Source of the DNA: an uncultured delta proteobacterium
Lineage (GTDB): Bacteria; Myxococcota_A; Polyangia; Polyangiales; Houyiibacteriaceae
DNA length: 64,000 nt
Direction: 5' to 3'
Assembly (NCBI GenBank): GCA_963746475.1
Contig: CAVVBB010000004.1
Coordinates: 21,415-85,414, forward strand
Shown piece by piece: positions 62,992 to 64,000 of the stretch. Every line of letters begins with the position of its first letter. Within the stretch, counting starts at the first letter, position 1. Under the pieces are notes generated by a model. It ran no database searches. It was not told the origin of the DNA and saw only the letters and a list, made by a program, of their open reading frames with translations. The position numbers and the translations under genes were made by a program.

Positions 62992-63312
62992 TCAGACCGT
63001 CGCGGCGAGCTCTGTGCTTTTGGATTCTTTCAGGCTGCGATGGATGAGGTAAGCGAGGGCGCCAATGGAGCCCGTGGTGAGAATGACGAAAGCGTAGGGC
63101 CAGGGGCTGATGCCGAGGCGCCTGGCGTCGCCGAGCATCCACAAGAAGAACAGGCTGAGCGCGATGAGCAGGTCGAAAAAGACCTGTCCGCCCCAGGCGG
63201 AGAGTAACGGGACCTGCAAGAAGCCGAAGTACCCCTCGGTGGTGACGATGACGGCGGTGTAGGCCGTAAAGACGAGAAACGCTGCGATGAGCACGAATAG
63301 GCGTGTTTTCAT
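62992..63312 (-). CDS. Small integral membrane protein (3-4 TM), unknown family
   Basis: 106 aa and strongly hydrophobic (MKTRLFVLIAAFLVFTAY...). The ATG at 63312 is preceded by GGAGG. It is divergent from the regulator gene. Confidence 0.6.
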   Translation of the reverse strand: MKTRLFVLIAAFLVFTAYTAVIVTTEGYFGFLQVPLLSAWGGQVFFDLLIALSLFFLWMLGDARRLGISPWPYAFVILTTGSIGALAYLIHRSLKESKSTELAATV

Positions 63313-63435
63313 GGCGACCTCCGGACCGCCCAATCGGTAAGGGCGGCGTTCTCAGCAATCTGCGTCGAGCGGGTGCGTCCAGCCATAACGTCAGAGGTCA
63401 TGGGATGTTCGTTTGCTGCGGCTACAATCTAGAAC

Positions 63436-64000
63436 ATGTCTACCGTGTCTACCGGGTTCGGGCCGCTGCTTCGTCAGTGGCGAGTGGCGCGCCGCATGAG
63501 TCAGCAACAGCTCGCCGTCGAGTCCGAGGTCTCGACGCGTCACATCAGCTACGTCGAGAATGGAAAGTCGTCGCCGAGTCGGCAGATGGTGCTCATCCTG
63601 GCGAGCGCGCTCGACTTGCCCCTTCGTGAGCGCAATGCGCTGCTCTCATGCGCCGGGTTTGCGCCGGTCTACCGCGAGACCCGCCTCACGGACCCGCAGA
63701 TGCAGCACGTACGCCAAGCGCTCGAGACGATCCTGGCCCATCAGGAGCCCTATCCGGCCGTGGTGCTCACACGCGGATGGGATATCGTGAAGATGAACGA
63801 CTCGGCGATTCGGCTGTTCGCGCGGCTCGTGGATGCGGGGACCGACCCCATCGTCACGCAGAACGTCATGCACGCGGTCTTTCATCCCGGTGGTCTTCGG
63901 CCGTACATCGCAAACTGGGAGCAGGTCGGGTGCATGCTGATTGACCGGCTGTACCGCGAGTCGGTCGTCGAGCCCGAGCGCAGCGAGACGGGTCGCCTGC
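63436..64000 (+). CDS. XRE-family HTH regulator with MmyB-like C-terminal domain, 3'-truncated by the window edge (absent from the ORF track)
   Basis: My own translation of frame 1 from ATG 63436 reads MSTVSTGFGPLLRQWRVARRMSQQQLAVESEVSTRHISYVENGKSSPSRQMVLILASALDLPLRERNALLSCAGFAP...QEPYPAVVLTRGWDIVKMN... The frame stays open to base 64000. Confidence 0.85.
   Translation, partial: MSTVSTGFGPLLRQWRVARRMSQQQLAVESEVSTRHISYVENGKSSPSRQMVLILASALDLPLRERNALLSCAGFAPVYRETRLTDPQMQHVRQALETILAHQEPYPAVVLTRGWDIVKMNDSAIRLFARLVDAGTDPIVTQNVMHAVFHPGGLRPYIANWEQVGCMLIDRLYRESVVEPERSETGRL

Noticed and set aside
1-64000. CRISPR arrays, transposases/IS elements, prophage genes, toxin-antitoxin or known anti-phage defence systems
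   Set aside because: I looked for regularly spaced repeats and for nuclease, helicase, ATPase or integrase signatures in all credible ORFs and found none. The only accessory-type region is the polysaccharide locus.

Overview
This is a 64-kb stretch of very GC-rich bacterial chromosome with strong GC3 bias. By eye it is about two-thirds G+C; I did not compute this. Gene content, the many lipoprotein and Tat signals, and the EPS machinery suggest a Myxococcota-like soil bacterium, but that is inference only.

I can support about 58 protein-coding genes and one tRNA-Asn(GTT). The genes are tightly packed and many are translationally coupled through ATGA/GTGA overlaps. I saw no rRNA, CRISPR array, transposase, integrase, phage gene or recognisable defence system.

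Layout:
- 0-22 kb: ion transport and stress or miscellaneous metabolism. This includes two nhaA paralogues, a PLD/cardiolipin-synthase-like gene, oligopeptidase B, a czcD-miaE-GT string, a CDGSH protein, an acyl-CoA ligase, an arsM-marR pair, MscS, a frameshifted 3beta-HSD gene and egtB-egtD.
- 23-27 kb: first polysaccharide block (acetyltransferase, Wzx flippase, WbsX-like).
- 27-32 kb: htpX, an EEP lipoprotein and a DUF3501 / CCG Fe-S / rubrerythrin redox triad.
- 32-49 kb: main Wzx/Wzy-type EPS locus. It holds a Wzc-like BY-kinase, two Wzy_C proteins, neuB-neuC, neuA coupled to a PF05159 KpsS/KpsC-like gene, gmd-fcl, GT4, an AsnB-like amidotransferase and GT2.
- 49-54.5 kb: a translationally coupled DUF3604 / PPIase-like / HupE-UreJ trio beside a Tat-PhoX-like gene.
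- 54.5-64 kb: sodB, DUF1295, EthD-like, crotonase, HIT, moaB, an FG-GAP lipoprotein, a large UPF0104 + sulfatase-fold fusion, a small membrane protein, and a 3'-truncated MmyB-like XRE regulator that is absent from the ORF track.

Candidates most worth follow-up:
- (i) the sialic-acid + fucose EPS locus, with a PF05159 homologue as candidate nonulosonic-acid transferase
- (ii) the Cys-pair-rich MarR coupled to arsM
- (iii) the DUF3501 redox triad and its two long palindromes
- (iv) the DUF3604 trio
- (v) the UPF0104-sulfatase-fold fusion that lacks the formylglycine motif

All family assignments come from motif recognition by eye. No HMM or BLAST searches were run, and most start codons are provisional.
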